Assembly (NCBI GenBank): GCA_051294905.1
Contig: CM119379.1
Coordinates: 19,964,001 to 20,028,000, forward strand
Length of the DNA stretch: 64,000 nt
Direction of reading: 5' to 3'
Source: Botryllus schlosseri
Lineage: Eukaryota
Under the pieces are notes generated by a model. It saw only the letters and a program-made list of their open reading frames with translations, was not told where the DNA came from and ran no database searches. Position 1 is the first letter of the stretch, and every line of letters begins with the position of its first letter. The translations under genes were made by a program, and so were the position numbers. Below, one piece after another: positions 12,430 to 23,804 of this stretch.

Positions 12430-13455
12430 AAGGTGTTCCATCATAAAATATGTTACGAAATTTGGTATGTTGCATTGTCATAATGTCCTACAACTGCGTA
12501 CCAAATTTCAAGTTGGGGGAATGGCAAATTTCGATATTAAAGTTGACTAGGTATAGGTGCGTGCTACAGTCCCGTAACGATATTAAAGTTGACTGTGTAT
12601 ATGTGCGTGCTACGCTCCCGTAAAATAGATTAACGCAAAAGTCGGTATGGAACTGCGTTAGTTTTAAAGGTGTTCCAACATAAAATATGTTACGAAATTT
12701 GGTATGTTGCACTGTCATAATGTCCTACAACTGCGTACCAAATTTCAAGTTGGGGTAATGGCAAATTTCGATATTAAAGTTGACTATGTATAGGTGCGTG
12801 CTACAGTCCGGTAACGATATTAAAGTTGACTGTGTATATGTGCGACTTGTGCGTGCTACGCTCCCGTAAAATAGATTAACGCAAAAGTCGGTATGGAACT
12901 GCGTTAGTTTTAAAGGTGTTCCAACATAAAATATGTTACGAAATTTGGTATGTTGCATTGTCATAATGTCCTACAACTGCGTACCAAATTTCGAGTTGGG
13001 GGAATGGCAAATTTCGATATTAAAGTTGACTGTGTATATGTGCGTGCCACGCTCCCGTAAAATAGATTAACGCAAAAGTCGGTATGGAACTGCGTTAGTT
13101 TTAAAGGTGTTCCAACATAAAATATGTTACGAAATTTGGTATGTTGCATTGTTATAATGTCCTACAACTTCGTACCAAATTTCGAGTTGGGGGAATGGCA
13201 AATTTCGATTTTAAAGTTGACTATGTATAGGTGCGTGCTACAGTCCCGTAACGATATTAAAGTTGACTGTGTATATGTGCGTGCTACGCTCCCGTAAAAT
13301 AGATTAACGCAAAAGTCGGTATTGAACTGCGTTAGTTTTAAAGGTGTTCCAACATAAAATATGTTACGAAATTTGGTATGTTGCATTGTCATAATGTCCT
13401 ACAACTTCGTACCAAATTTCGAGTTGGGGGAATGGCAAATTTCGATATTAAAGTT
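12430..13455 (-). repeat. Tandem array in the right foldback arm (inverted copy of the 191/46-bp units)
   Basis: Reverse complement of the 10439-11488 units; produces the repeated MTMQHTKF... ORFs. Confidence 0.9.
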
Positions 13456-13816
13456 GATTACGTATAGGTGCGTCCTACGCTACCGCAAACAGATGTAACG
13501 GAAAAGTCGATGTTGGACGGCGTTGGTTTTGAAGGCGTTTCATCCTAAAATGGTTGACGAAATTTGGTATGCTACACCTTAATGATGTTGGCTAACACTG
13601 TTATGAGTTTCGTGATTGGGTCTCAATTAGCGGAGTAGTAATTCGTTATCAAAATCGAGTATCTAATAATGACGCGGTAAACTGGCATCTAGCCTGCGCG
13701 TGGGTGTGTACGCGTGCATTCACCGATTCGAGGCTCGGATCCCCCGTCATTTTCCGAGGCTGGATTTCCGAGGCTGTGATCCCCTTTGGTGTGACAAGGG
13801 CCAGGGGCCTGATTGG

Positions 13817-14165
13817 AATCGCTGGCCTTTTTGCCTGATATATCAGGTGAGCAGCGATGATTTTCCAAGTTAAAGTAATTTAATAAAAAATAAAACATAG
13901 TGTGAGCACAGGACAACGATTCCATACAGGGCCAGGGGGTGTGTAATTCCAGTAGGCTACTCGAAAAATTGTCTCTCACTATTCAACTAGTTATAATTAA
14001 CACCCCTTTCGGATTATTGTGCCCAGGCCCAGCTTCCGACTCGAATCGCTGGCCGTTTTGCCTGATATATCAGGTGAGCAGTGATGATTCTTTAAGTTGA
14101 AGTAATTTAATATAAAATAAATAAAATATAAAACATGGTGTGATCATAGGACACCGATTCCATCA
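13817..14165 (+). repeat. Diverged direct duplication, ~226-bp period
   Basis: gaatcgctggcc..ttgcctgatatatcaggtgagcag..gatgatt..aagt occurs at ~13817 and ~14043. Confidence 0.7.
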
Positions 14166-14593
14166 CAGTTCATACATGGGCCAGCCCAAATGATATATAA
14201 TATATCTATATACGTACCCAAGACATCGTTCTTAAATCTTCTGCAATTACGATAGTTAATTATCATGAAAATTCTGTGATAAGAAAAGAATGAAAGTTCT
14301 AGCGGATATTTATGCAATCCACATTCAATCAATCTTGCGGTGTTTCCACACGTAGCGGCCCTAATGCCTTTTCCTACACGAACAAGCCGAACATGGCAAA
14401 AGGACGTAAATTGGGTGTGTACGACTAAGAAATGTTCACCAGGCGACCCAACTCAGTCAGCCAGTGCCAGTCTACGCAAGTCCTCCAAACTCCAATCCTC
14501 GATAAACCGCAAACCATAGTTATCCCGATATTTTGAATGACTCGCCATTATGCTTCGCTTGCGCAATCTTACTCTCGCTTTCTCATCACGTAG

Positions 14594-15010
14594 CAGAGAT
14601 GAGCATGGATTAGGATTAGGTTTTGAAAAAACAGGATTTGTGAAATTTTGTCGGATTTGGATTGGATTTGGATTAGACATTTTTTTCGGAACGGATTAGG
14701 ATTTGGATTGGATTGACCGATTTTCTGGGAGATTGAAATGTCGTGTGGCGAATGGTGACAAACTTTATTCAGATCAGTTATTAATGCACTTATGGTTACT
14801 AAGTTATCTTGAATCAAGTGAATCGTTGGTTGTGAAAGAAAATTTTCGAATCCCTCCATTGCATAAATTAGTATTTTTTCTGAATTTCCAGTTGGAATCG
14901 GATTAGGATTGGACATGGACTTGAATATGAAAAAGTTATGATTAGGACTTGGATTTGAAGGTTCGGATTTGGATTGGATTAGGACATAGAAATATCAAAT
15001 CCGCTCATCA
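14594..15010. mobile_element. MITE-like repeat with GGATTT/GGATTA subterminal units
   Basis: Ends agagatgagc / gctcatcac; internal ggattggatttggatt repeats; partial relative at ~37630-37670. No clear TSD. Confidence 0.45.
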
Positions 15011-15093
15011 CAACTCATTTGGCTGTTCCACTTCATTTTGAACACGCGGTGGCGACAAAGGTAACTCGACCCAAATCTGTTTTGTTGCTATAT

Positions 15094-17213
15094 CATAGTG
15101 TCCTATATGGTGTCGACACAAGCAAATCGCACGGTTCAATGAAATTGTATCACGTCACAGTTTCCATTTGGCTACAGGCAATTTGACCGTGATTTTTGAC
15201 CGACTTGCCGAGCATTAAATTTGATGAATCGGGTATCAATCGAAAGCTGACGCTGTACTGCTTGCGAAAATATAAATTTTATTCCACTCATGGCCCTGGA
15301 ACCCCCACAATCTGCCCCAAATTATTCATTGTCGAGTAGATTGGCAGTGTGACGCAACAAGGATGTCTGGCGAAACAAGAGACTAGCTCAAGAGCAAGGA
15401 TGCGGCCGAGCGGCGAGAGTGGGATCAGCTGACGTCGCGGCAATAGCAATGTGCAAACGCGCCACAGAGAAACGCTGCGCTGTTGACACTTTTTCTATGC
15501 GCTTCGGTACAAGCGAGCACACACCAGCCTTTCCTTGACTTGTAAGGGTAGAACTGGGTCCACGGAATGTCTTAGGGCCCTACCAATTTTCGCGCAATAT
15601 CCTTCAGCTGATAGAGATATGTAGGCTACGTCTAAGTAGTCTACATTGGATATGTCAGATTATTATGATATCGATTGCCTTAGCCCGCTTGTTGCGTAGG
15701 GCTCCAGAGACACGTTGCGCTGTTGATGGCGGGTGTCGATACTTTCTATAGTCGCTTTTATGGTTAAGTGTGAGCAAGGAGCATTGAGCATGAGCAATGA
15801 GCATACATTACAAGCTTTTATTTGAACCGTATGGGTAGGACTTGGTCCGCGAATGCAGCAGGTAAAATGTTGATTGTTGAATAAAGTTTATCAGCAGGAG
15901 TGTCGAATTAAACTGGTATCGCTGTCCGGATTCAACCCGTTACTAGAAAGCTTGCGGGCCATACCTGCCAAATGATTCCAAAATGTTACCACCAAATTCA
16001 TACCTTTGTTTTTCACTGGAATATATCTGATATCACTATAAACGTTGACGTTGGAATTTGGTTTAGCATTTTTCAATCACCAAATAGTATTTTTGAATGC
16101 CGGGGACCTTTTGCGTCAAAAGTAATACAGTGGTATCACAGATATTTGAATTATATTCATTCTGTAGCCTGTATATATATTCCTAATGTAACTTACGTAA
16201 AACGGATTTGCAGTATTTTTTTCGCATCTGTGAATAACTGAATGTCCATTGTCCATTCGGCCCAACAGAGTTTGCACTTTTTCGCCTTCTCGGAATTTGG
16301 CAAGGTCACCGCGACGTGGTGCTTATGGGGACTAGAGTGAAAACTCAACACTGTAGTTGTATTACTACAATATGATATATTTACATTATCTAAATTTGCT
16401 GTCTTGAGTGAATCTTATTACTTGAAAGTATATTTTTCTTACTAGAAATATCTCTAACAGCTGAAGGATTGCGCGAAAATTGGTAGGGACCAAATACATT
16501 CTGTGGACCCAGTTCTACCATTACAAGTCAAGGAAAGGCTGGTGTGTGCTCGCTTTAAGCGAAGCGCATAGAAAAAAGTATCAACAGCGCCACGCATCTC
16601 TGGAGCCCTACGCAACAAGCGGGCTAAGGCAATCGATATCATAATAATCTGACATATCCAATGTAGACTACTTAGACGTAGCCTACATATCTCTATCAGC
16701 TGAAGGATATTGCGCGAAAATTGGTAGGGCCCTAAGACATTCCGTGGACCCAGTTCTACCCTTACAAGTCAAGGAAAGGCTGGTGTGTGCTCGCTTGTAC
16801 CGAAGCGCATAGAAAAAGTGTCAACAGCGCAGCGTTTCTCTGTGGCGCGTTTGCACATTGCTATTGCCGCGACGTCAGCTGATCCCACTCTCGCCGCTCG
16901 GCCGCATCCTTGCTCTTGAGCTAGTCTCTTGTTTCGCCAGACATCATTGTTGCGTCACACTGCCAATCTACTCGACAATGAATAATTTGGGGCAGATTGT
17001 GGGGGTTCCAGGGCCATGAGTGGAATAAAATTTATATTTTCGCAAGCAGTACAGCGTCAGCTTTCGATTGATACCCGATTCATCAAATTTAATGCTCGGC
17101 AAGTCGGTCAAAAATCACGGTCAAATTGCCTGTAGCCAAATGGAAACTGTGACGTGATACAATTTCATTGAACCGTGCGATTTGCTTGTGTCGACACCAT
17201 ATAGGACACTATG
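15094..17213. mobile_element. Galileo/P-superfamily-like foldback element, 2120 bp
   Basis: Termini CATAGTGTCCTATATGG / CCATATAGGACACTATG. 7-bp TSD gctatat (15087-15093, 17214-17220), confirmed by the empty site in the opposite host TIR (~19150-19165). Arms are near-identical over ~630 bp; the right arm carries an extra partial ~240-bp repeat. Confidence 0.88.
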
Positions 17214-17620
17214 GCTATATACTTTACTATGGGACTGGACTAAACATCAACCTAATTTCGTGTCTTGACGTACAACGAGGATGGTGAAAGTATCCGTATC
17301 AACTTAAATCATCCATATGGATATCAAATAGCTGTTAGATGACGAAATGATGCTATTTCTTGGCGTCTTGTTCTCATGATGGAAGTGCTGAAATTATGAT
17401 TCTATCCTTATCACCAACTGCAATGATTCTATCATTATTATTTTCGCCATTTAGCGCCCAATACTACACCAGGTTGGTTGGACTGGGTTCAACACAAACT
17501 CTTTCTAGATATCTTATTACCTTAACCAAATAGCTGTCTGGTTGAAAGACTTCATGTCCTTCCAATACCTTCCTATTCTTCAACCTCATCACTATCTGTT
17601 GGTGTTTTTAAATGATAAAA

Positions 17621-17780
17621 TACTAATAATACCAACTAGATCTCATCCTTTCTGATGATTGACAATTAAACAGTGTACCAGTAGTATTGTAGCAGTTATA
17701 ATACTAATAATACCAACTATAGATCTCATCCTCTCTGATCATTGACAATTAAACGATGTACCAGTTGTATTGTTGCCGTT
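17621..17780 (+). repeat. Two-copy tandem repeat, ~82-bp unit
   Basis: tactaataataccaacta..gatctcatcct..ctgat.attgacaattaaac..tgtaccagt occurs twice. Confidence 0.7.
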
Positions 17781-19192
17781 ATTTTGTTGAATAAAATGGA
17801 ACGGTTATAAACTGAAGTCGCAAAGCGTATATAGTCTATAAAGCAAAGGTTCTCGAATATTTTTTTGCCAGACCCGAAAATAAATAGTATGGTAAGCACA
17901 TAAACATTGGATTATAACATTCTAAGCAACGGATTTATGCATGCTCATTATTACACATTAACATAATTCTTAGGAAAAAGGAATGTCAACCTGCTATTTG
18001 AGAAACCCATGTATGGGACTGAGACGTAAAGCAAAATACTATGGTGTAAACCAAATTGATACAAATAGCATTACTATATCCAAAAATTGTGAAACACAAA
18101 AATGAGCTTTTGAGCCTTGGTCATTTTTGATCATCGAGTTTGTACTTGAAAATCTGGAAGGTTGTAGCAAAGTTCGTTGTGCTACCAACATAATAGGTAT
18201 CAGATAATCAGATACGTATAATAAGAGTCCATGTAGTGAGCAACCGACAATAGTCCTGTTTTGTTGAAGTAATATGAGATAGTTGTCTTACAACTAAGCC
18301 TGATTGCTAAGTCTTTCAGTTGGAAGTACACAAATGACGCCATGCTTTCAATATCCGACAGTGCTGAGTGTTCAGGATTTATAATTGGAATGATGGTTGC
18401 TTTACACTATCAACTATAGAGTATGCTTCTTTCAATAACGGGGGAATCTCTGTAGATTCAGCTATCCCCTTTTCCGAATTGTTGAATTGTCAGAACAAGA
18501 TTCCGTGACTGCTGACTTGTACGGTTTATTCTTTTGCAACAGCTTTTGACACTGACGTCTCTTCTGCAACCTCTTTCATTGAAAACAGAATAGATGAGGG
18601 TGCCTTGACTGAAGTTTCATCAGCTTCATTGTAATTCAAACGCATGATTTTGTAGGACCTCACAGCAGCAAATGTACAATGTACATAGCATAATTTTCCA
18701 CAACACACAACACTCACGGGGGTACTGATTTACTGCAGCGGAAGCAGGATAAATCATGCTGGTGAAATGATATTCTGCAGACTACTTTTCCAGGACCAGG
18801 AGAGGACCAGGCATCCATACCTCTTCTTCGTAAACGGAACCCATCCTCCCTTTTTGTTTCTAATTGATGCATCTTCTGCGATCAAATGACCGTCATCCTT
18901 ACACAATGAGGCATATAACACTTGCCATATCAACGACTCTCGGAAAATTTACAGCAATGTACCGGTAAGCTGCAACCTGCCAGGGTGCCAATGTCCAGCA
19001 CGAGGACAAGACGCCAAGAAATAGCCTCATTTTCGTCGGCTAACAGTTATTCGATATCCATATGGATGATATATATTGATATGGATACTTTCACCATCAT
19101 CGTTGTACGCCAAGAGACGAAATTCGGTCCATATTTAGTCCATTCCCATAGTAAAGCATATAGCAACAAAACAGATTTGGGTCGAGTTACCT

Positions 19193-19983
19193 GCATCATC
19201 ATCATTGGTTTATTAGCAATTTTATCAGTTCAATACACCACAAAAATGCGATACAATGAATAGACAGGAAGATGTCGAAGCGACTTGGATTTGTCAATGG
19301 AATCGGACACCCACCTTGGCCTAGGCGTAGTAAAGAGGAGGCATGCACACTGAATGAAAGTAAAGAATACAGTATAGAAAAAGAAAGCGACAAGAAATAG
19401 GGCGGCATGTCATGGGAAGCGAGATCGATAGGTCAGTCGTGGTCCGGTAATCTTGAGGATGGACTGTATTTATTTAGTAGTAATTGCTTGTATCTCGACT
19501 TGAATGTGGACATGCTCGTCGACTGTCGGATGGCCGGCGGGATACTGTTCCACACATCAGGTCCGGCATATTTGATGGAGCGATGATCTTTTCGGTCGAT
19601 CATATGATATTTGGACGACGTGGACGCGCGTGTGTTGTACTTGTGCGCTTTTGATTCAGAGGTAAAGAAGTCATTGAAATATTCGGGGCAACGACCGCAG
19701 TGAAACTGATACATAAACTTGGCGATTTCTAGTTTCCGCATATCTTCTATGTTTAGGACGCCGAATCTCTTCAGCAGCGACTTATTGGATGGGCAGCCAG
19801 GCCCCTTTGGGGCCCTAGCTATGATTCGGAGCACTTTATGCTGTAGTTTCTGCAGTGGCTTGAGTGCAGTTTTACTGGCAGCCCCCAACAGAGGATGCCA
19901 TAATGTAACTTCGATTGGATTAAGGATTTAAAGAGTATCAGGAGAACCCATGCTGGCATGAAGCGCCCAAGGCTGTAGAACAG
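19193..19983 (-). mobile_element. 5'-truncated CR1/L2-group LINE (ORF2 C-terminus, 3'UTR, (GAT)n tail)
   Basis: Open frame 19983-19433: LFYSLGRFMPAWVLLILFKSLIQSKLHYGILCWG...LQKLQHKVLRII...YNTR...GPDVWNSIP...FKSRYK. A 4-bp duplication acct flanks it (19189-19192, 19984-19987). Confidence 0.88.
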
Positions 19984-20229
19984 ACCTTCGTCGCCACCGC
20001 GTGTTCAAAATGAAGTGGAACAGCCCCATTGAATTTTTTTTTAATAAAATGATCGATTGATTCATCGCTTTCAAGGCAATCGTTCTTTTGAATACATGCT
20101 AATTTAGAATGTATGGCTATTAATATTAATATGATACTCGCTGTTTTATACGAGGTTATTTTGATGTCAACATCAGATATTAGATTAGGAAAATGAAAAA
20201 ATGAATCATATGAAAAAACTTCAAACAAA

Positions 20230-20555
20230 AATAATGCATAATCGTCGGATTATATTTTTATCTGAACAAGACACACCCAATGTTCAATGCGAGGTAGTGA
20301 ACAGATAGGAGGATGCCGAACGACCAGTTGCGGTTGCACTGGCATCCACCTCGGCCTAGTTCCCGATTTCACAGTTCCTTTCCCTATTTCGCGGCTCTTT
20401 CTTGCGCTTTCCATTCCTTATGAGAGCGCTCTTTCATCTGGTCTTTTTTGGGGCATTCTTGTCACGGTAAGAACAGAGGCACGGGGGAAGAGGAGCCCAG
20501 AATAACCTCCGGCGGGGAATCGAACCCGGGCTGCCTTGGCTGTAGGCGCTTATCA
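20230..20555 (-). mobile_element. tRNA-derived SINE
   Basis: B-box ggttcgattcc near 20520; body and 3' end are shared with a diverged copy at ~35195-35392. Confidence 0.65.
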
Positions 20556-20944
20556 TCACCATCCTCCTGATTTCTGGCCAATTATAAAGCATGCGTATCA
20601 TATAGATAAAGCATAGATAAGTTAGTTATCTATAGATAGAGCCTATATAATTCGTATCGCGTTCCAAACAGCCCCACGAAAGACTAGAGTTATGTTCCGA
20701 ATAGTAGTCGATGATAATTCATTGGTCATAGTTGAGTGACTTTTGTGGATACACGCGTGCCGGAATTCATCTGGTCCGGTTTGGTGTCTGGCCGTATCAT
20801 TATACGGACGTAAAAGGAATGTCGTCTTGTTATTCCAATTTAATAACTCCGTCGAAACCTAAGTAGAACCCATAGCTTGTATAGCATAACTACTTAAGTC
20901 AACCAAAATGAAGTTCTAAACTTGAAATAAAAGCTTTGAGTCTA

Positions 20945-20966
20945 CCGTAGTCCGTACGGACTACGG
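20945..20966. promoter_or_regulatory. Perfect 22-bp palindrome upstream of UTP18
   Basis: ccgtagtccgtacggactacgg equals its own reverse complement and lies 130 bp before the ATG. Its function is inferred only. Confidence 0.35.
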
Positions 20967-21095
20967 AGTATAGGGAGTAATATCATCAAAGTATGGGATT
21001 ATTAATAAATATAAATAGTATATTACCAGTACCGATAGTTTGAAGTATATTTTAATGCGTTAAGTATTGTGATATAGGTGCTCCGTTTATCGAAT

Positions 21096-22730
21096 ATGTC
21101 GCGCAAGAGGAAACTTGACGATGCCAGTTCATCGGCAAACCCAACTGTGGAAACAGATCCTCCTGAGACTGAAATGACAAAGTGTACTTCAGATTTGGAT
21201 AGCGACAGTGACAACGAAGGGAAAGCTCCTTCTAAAAGTTCATTAGAAAACCAAACTGTGGAAACATATCCTCCTGAGACTGAAATAACAAAGTGTACGT
21301 CAGATTTGGATAGCGACAGTGACAGCGAAATGAAAGCTCCTTCTAAAAGTGCTTTTGCTTTTAACCATTTGAAATCGCGCCCGGAAACCGACAGCGATGA
21401 GGAACTATTGGAAGAAATTGTTTTTGGGAAATCTAATACGAAAGACAAAGAGGAGCCAGTTGATGATTTGTTTTTCATCGACAAAGGATCTGGAACGCCT
21501 GCAGAAGCAGTCAGCGCAGCATGGGTGGATGAAGACGATGATGACGGCACCCAAGGAACCTTCGACCAACCAGTTTGGTCAAGAGGAATGGGAAATATGA
21601 CTTATCAACGAATGCGTACAGGAGATAGAAAGACTGAATTCGAAAAAGTAATCGGGGAAGCGCCTTCGTGGACGAAAATTCCCGATGAAGGCGATGGAAT
21701 AGACCGTGACAGTGAGCTACTCACAACAAATTTCAACTATTGTACAAAGTCCGATCATTTGTCAAAAGGTATACTTGAGTTCGAGAGATGCACAGATGCC
21801 AATAAAGCTCAAACCTCTGGTAGGATGAGAACGTGCGAGTTCCATACAAAAGCTCAAATCGCGATAACTGCCGGAGAAGACTGCAGACTTGATCTATTCC
21901 AGATTGATGGTAAAGTCAATCCAAAGATTCACAGTTATTTTGTGGAAAAATTCCCAATACGTTGTGCGCACATGCTGCAGTCGGGCTCAGAGATTATCAT
22001 GACCTCACACTTCAGATATTTTTACGGGTATGATTTGATTCGTGACAAAGTCTGTCGATATCCCTTCAGCAAAAAGATCGGTAATACTGCCCTGAAAAAG
22101 TTTGCCGTTTCGCCTGATGGTAATTATCTTGTGTTCGTTTCCAAGTATGGTTACTTGCACCTGGTATCAGCTCACAACAAGGAACTGATCAAAACTGTAA
22201 AAGTGAATGGACATGTTACTGATGTTGCTTTTCGTAAAGATGGCCAACAGTTTTTAACGGCCGGCGAGGAAGGCGTTATCAGTATTTTCGACATTAGGAA
22301 CAAACGTTGTCTTCATTCATTCATGGATGAAGGATGTTCGCACGGTGATGCTTTGGCCGTGTCACCAAACAATCAATATATCGCCTGTGGGAGTCAAAGT
22401 GGTATTGTGAATGTATACGATGAGACTTGTATGAATTCCAGAAATCCTTCACCTGTCAAGGCTTTCAAAAACCTTCGGTATCCGTCTTATGGTTTGAAGT
22501 TTAATTCCACATCTGAGATGTTAGCCATGTGTTCGGCGGAATGTGAAAATGCTGTCAAGTTGGTGCACGTGCCTTCGATGAGTGTGTTTAGTAATTTTCC
22601 CAGCTTGGAGAATAGCCGTTTGAAACTGGTATTTTCCGTCGATTTCTCACCAAATAGTGGTTATCTCATGCTAGGCAATAGAGCTGGTAATGCAATGCTG
22701 TTTAGATTGCAGCATTACAAATCATATTGA
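21096..22730 (+). CDS. UTP18: U3 snoRNA-associated protein 18 (WD40), intronless
   Basis: Single ORF from the ATG at 21096. Motifs EFHTKAQIAITAG, LFQIDGKVNPKIHSYFVEKFPI, VKLVHVPSMSVFSNFP and VDFSPNSGYLMLGN...LFRLQHY match UTP18 orthologues. Confidence 0.93.
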   Translation: MSRKRKLDDASSSANPTVETDPPETEMTKCTSDLDSDSDNEGKAPSKSSLENQTVETYPPETEITKCTSDLDSDSDSEMKAPSKSAFAFNHLKSRPETDSDEELLEEIVFGKSNTKDKEEPVDDLFFIDKGSGTPAEAVSAAWVDEDDDDGTQGTFDQPVWSRGMGNMTYQRMRTGDRKTEFEKVIGEAPSWTKIPDEGDGIDRDSELLTTNFNYCTKSDHLSKGILEFERCTDANKAQTSGRMRTCEFHTKAQIAITAGEDCRLDLFQIDGKVNPKIHSYFVEKFPIRCAHMLQSGSEIIMTSHFRYFYGYDLIRDKVCRYPFSKKIGNTALKKFAVSPDGNYLVFVSKYGYLHLVSAHNKELIKTVKVNGHVTDVAFRKDGQQFLTAGEEGVISIFDIRNKRCLHSFMDEGCSHGDALAVSPNNQYIACGSQSGIVNVYDETCMNSRNPSPVKAFKNLRYPSYGLKFNSTSEMLAMCSAECENAVKLVHVPSMSVFSNFPSLENSRLKLVFSVDFSPNSGYLMLGNRAGNAMLFRLQHYKSY

Positions 22731-22827
22731 TTGCATTGGAATTTGGTGAATAATGTGTGGCTACACTTGCTGCTTTGAAAATAGGTTTATAGGCCATATT
22801 GCCAAGTAATAATATAGTAGGCCTATC

Positions 22828-23223
22828 ATGAAGAAAGGAACGCCATGCGAAATCTGTAAAGATTGCATTTCAAAGTACAAATGTCCTCGATGTGAAATTT
22901 TATATTGCTCTGTTAAATGCTTCAAGACTCATAAAGAACTCCCATGCGTCAAGATCATCAAAAATGTGACCGCACCTAAAACAGAACCGCTCAACATTTG
23001 CATGGAACTGCCGGGGAATGATGATACGATACCGCAGGAGAGACTTCAGCTACTTGAGAAGTCTGGTGCAATCGTGGCTCTACTGAAGAATCCGCATTTG
23101 CGGCAATTATTGACTGACCTGGATTGTTCAACTCAAAAAGAGAATCTCATTGGTAATCTGATGAAGGAGCCAATATTTGTTGAATTTGCGGACAAATGCC
23201 TTGAATCCGTGCAGAGCGAATGA
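22828..23223 (+). CDS. ZNHIT3: Zinc finger HIT domain-containing protein 3 (box C/D snoRNP assembly), intronless
   Basis: zf-HIT CEIC...KYKCPRCEILYCSVKCFKTHK; C-terminal LKNPHLRQLL...MKEPIFVEFADKCL is typical of ZNHIT3. Confidence 0.9.
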   Translation: MKKGTPCEICKDCISKYKCPRCEILYCSVKCFKTHKELPCVKIIKNVTAPKTEPLNICMELPGNDDTIPQERLQLLEKSGAIVALLKNPHLRQLLTDLDCSTQKENLIGNLMKEPIFVEFADKCLESVQSE

Positions 23224-23804
23224 ACCAACTAACTAAAAAGTCAGGTTTTCACAAGTGGATGATGGCTGCCAGTGTGAATTCAGCTGGATAACTCGTGTTT
23301 GTTCAGAGCTGCTGTGCCTTGAAGGGTAAAAATGGAGTAAAACCATAGAGCACACTACCGGCGAACCATGATTGGACGTATTATTGTTACACAATCAGGA
23401 AGATATTAGAAATCTCACACTCAATGAGGGACTATGAGAGGGGCCTGAATTAATTACTGGAATGCGTGTGTGCAATTTCAAGTAGGACACATGCCCCAAA
23501 TTGGCTCCTATTTTCCTGTCCGATGCATACCGTGCATATGGCTAAACTGTAATTAATGACTGCATGATGATACGAATTGACATGTACATCTCGCGCCGAT
23601 AATATATTACTTGTGATGATGCAATAGAAATGTTCACATGTGTTGTGAAAAGGCAGTATTCAATCTCGCCACACTTTCAGTGACGATATAGAAGACACTA
23701 TTATCATTGATAAGTGCATTAACACCAGACATGATATAGGCAGCTGGCAAGCAAAATCAGACTGACAAGATTAGTAAGAACAAAGGGCATCGGATGTAAA
23801 GACG

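Larger units (their letters stand above)
10104..13790. mobile_element. Foldback element of FB/MULE type, 3687 bp
   Basis: Begins accaaaggggatc and ends gatcccctttggt. Perfect 9-bp TSD gtgacaagg (10095-10103, 13791-13799). Arms are ~1.35 kb, with only 3 mismatches in the first ~190 bp. Confidence 0.92.
15020..20027. mobile_element. PIF/Harbinger-like non-autonomous element with ~230-bp TIRs, each interrupted by a younger insertion
   Basis: Left TIR is 15021-15093 plus 17221-17381 (ggctgttccacttcattttgaacacgcggtggcgac...). Right TIR is ~18995-19192 plus 19984-20027 (...gtgttcaaaatgaagtggaacagcc). A possible 3-bp TSD is att. The superfamily call rests only on the GGC termini. Confidence 0.65.

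Noticed and set aside
10439-13455. 191/237-bp repeats as a CRISPR array, or the MTMQHTKF ORFs as genes
   Set aside because: The repeats are contiguous tandem units without unique spacers, inside a TSD-bounded eukaryotic transposon. The ORFs are by-products of the repeat.
21023-21550. 175-aa antisense ORF
   Set aside because: Shadow of the acidic low-complexity UTP18 N-terminus.
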